This document shows, piece after piece, positions 61,880-64,000 of a stretch of DNA of 64,000 nt. The DNA comes from Ramazzottius varieornatus. Taxonomy: Eukaryota > Animalia > Tardigrada. Each line of letters begins with the position of its first letter. The first letter of the stretch is position 1. Where the stretch lies: NCBI GenBank assembly GCA_001949185.1, contig BDGG01000006.1:1594827-1658826 (forward strand), written 5' to 3'. Under the pieces are notes generated by a model. That model did not search any database and was not told where the DNA came from. It saw only the letters and a list, made by a program, of their open reading frames with translations. The position numbers were made by a program, and so were the translations under genes.

Positions 61880-62588
61880 CCCCATACTTCTGAGGAACTT
61901 TGCCCAGACTCCAGTTGTCTCGCAAGTCCACCCGAATCTCCATCTTACGCATCATGTCAAAGGTCAGTCTGAATGAAGAAGGCGGGAAAAAGTTCGTCGA
62001 AGCCATCGGTCGATTTTCTTAAGAGCTGCTAGCCATTGTCCTTGGGCAGAACTTCGTGCCCACGTTTCAAGCCTGTGAATCCCTTGTCAAAGAGTTCCAA
62101 ATAGAATCTTGCAAGTTTCTGGAGCAGCATTTCAAAGCCAAGGGATACGTGCGATTGTCCGTTATCGGATGGACGACTTTCCCCAGGATTAGCACTGGAA
62201 TCGCTAGCAGCCAGCTTATGGAAGACGCCATCATTAGATGCCTGAAAGCCATCCTTACAGTTCAGGGTAAAGGAGCTATTCTCACAGACCTTTGGACTTC
62301 CATCGAGACCATGCACAAGTGAGTTATCCTTATGTCCTACTCTTCGTGCGGGCTCCCTGGTAAGCTGGAGGTCGGCATAAGTTTTGAAGATTGCATATCC
62401 GATATTTCTCTTTGTGCTTTAGGATGCCTGAATCTCCTGCCGAACTGCAGTCGCTCAAACAAATAAACGACCACAATGTTTCGGACTCGGTGTCGTGGGA
62501 AAAGATTCTCCTGAAAGACGAGTATTACTCGCTACCACCGGTTGTACTACCTCCCAGTTCCCAGGTACCAATTCAGCTTTCTTCATAG
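61880..62588 (+). pseudogene. Two-exon unknown gene fragment with an in-frame stop
   Basis: ILRIMSKVSL...GRFS*ELLAIVL...IETMHK|GTGAG...TAG|MPESPAEL. Confidence 0.35.
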
Positions 62589-64000
62589 TTTGGTTTCGTG
62601 CTGTAGCGTTGTCCTGTGTTTTTGGTTCTGCATCTACAATGCAGCGATTCCACTTCTCGTAACTGGCGCGTTTTTGCTCTTTACAAAAATTTCCCATTAC
62701 CATAACTGGAAAAAACCATCACGGAAAAAGTCATCTCGGGAGAGGAGCAATCTCCGGATCCATCACGTATTTCTGATTACTGGCTGGAACGAGGAAGTAG
62801 AATATACCTCATAACTGTCGTAATTTCTTGTCGAAAGTTCTATATGTATATTTCTCTTATTCGAGTATATATACTTGATTATCATAAATTCACAACGAAT
62901 ACAATAATGGAGATGCTAGAATGGATGCGGAAGCGATGGTCATTAGTACGTCCTTTACTGTAGTGTCAAATTCCGTATTCGTCACAACCAATCCAGTTTT
63001 GGTCCCGCAAACCTACGAGGGACCATTCAGTCATTTCACTCGCCGATCAAGACAACTCTTCCGTGTTAGCTGAGACCCTTAGCTCTCTACAAAGTCCCCC
63101 TTTCTTATAGACATTCGGTTTCAGTCTCGGTCTTTTCAGTTTGGTCCCAGGTATTTCAGTCCTGATCCGTCTAAATACACCCTGAGTGCGCCAACTGCTA
63201 CCACCTGGCATTTCGGCGAGAAAGAATTCAGAGCACGACCCTAGCATTCATGCTACCACACGTTTCGTACAACTTTTAAAGCCGCTTCGATTGAGCTGTG
63301 ATATTTCTTATTGTGATGGGAAATAGCTCGAAAAAAATGAGCAGTATGACTTCCGGTGAGGAAGTAGGTAAAACGCAGCAGGTACAACGCTGTCTGCAAA
63401 AATTCCGGGTGGGAGTTTGTGCCTCCAAAATGACGTAAACAAACTTACACCCACCGTAGCTTTTCAGGAAAAATGAAGAAAGAGCAGGAAAGTTCCGGAC
63501 TAACTCGACAACGGAATCAAAACCGTCAAACGTTTACATTTTGCCGGAAAACTCCTCTGGTAAAAAGTTCTAGATCTTTTCCAAAACATCAGATTCATGT
63601 TTTCCACCCACTCTCCTGTAATTGAGTGTCATTTCTATTTATTTTCAGCAACAGAACTGCAGGACAACAGCGAAGAAATGCTTTCCGAAAAGGGCCCAAA
63701 ATTTTGCGAAAGATGTTGTTACTTTCACTTCGCGTTTCCCCTACTTTTATTTTTATTCCGACTTTTTGTAAACAGATTTTTGAGCAGTAATTTTTGGGGA
63801 GGTAGGAAACAGGATGTTGAATCGAGGAAAATTGAGGAATCTCAAAGCCGAGCAACAATCGCGTCGAGAAAATTTTGATATGATAGGTGGTAGCAAGCAA
63901 CTCAGAGTGTAATACGCTAATTCAGCCTAATCTTTGGACTAAAACTGAAGCTGATAAAAACACTGATATTTTATGTCAGACCGTTGAAAATGGATACAAC

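Overview
Eukaryotic (invertebrate animal) genomic DNA with mostly short GT-AG introns. A tardigrade-like source is a guess that the sequence alone cannot prove. Six intact conserved genes are present: an actin-related protein 10-like gene, a Phox2 homeobox gene, spermidine synthase, F-actin capping protein beta, atypical PKC and a Ski/Sno gene with an 8.8-kb intron. The left 18 kb is rich in DNA transposons. These include a young, apparently intact two-gene PIF/Harbinger element (its N gap looks like an assembly artefact) inserted into the TSD of a hAT-type element, and a decayed 5.9-kb Sola-like element with a BED-finger exon, cargo and a nearby deletion derivative. Tc1/mariner and hAT MITEs lie further along. 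A dispersed palindromic repeat (AAGTGGCGCAC-N23-25-GTGCGCCACTT) occurs at about 12 sites, mostly in introns. A decayed tandem copy of the aPKC kinase half follows aPKC. The right 11 kb is largely pseudogene fragments. The most unusual block there is 53.2-55.3 kb: three tandem, intronless, Cys-rich paralogous ORFs of unrecognised family with virus-like packing and a CRE/ETS hairpin, joined directly to a bacterial-type TauD gene that carries two spliceosomal introns. All calls come from manual reading and recalled motifs; no database searches were run.
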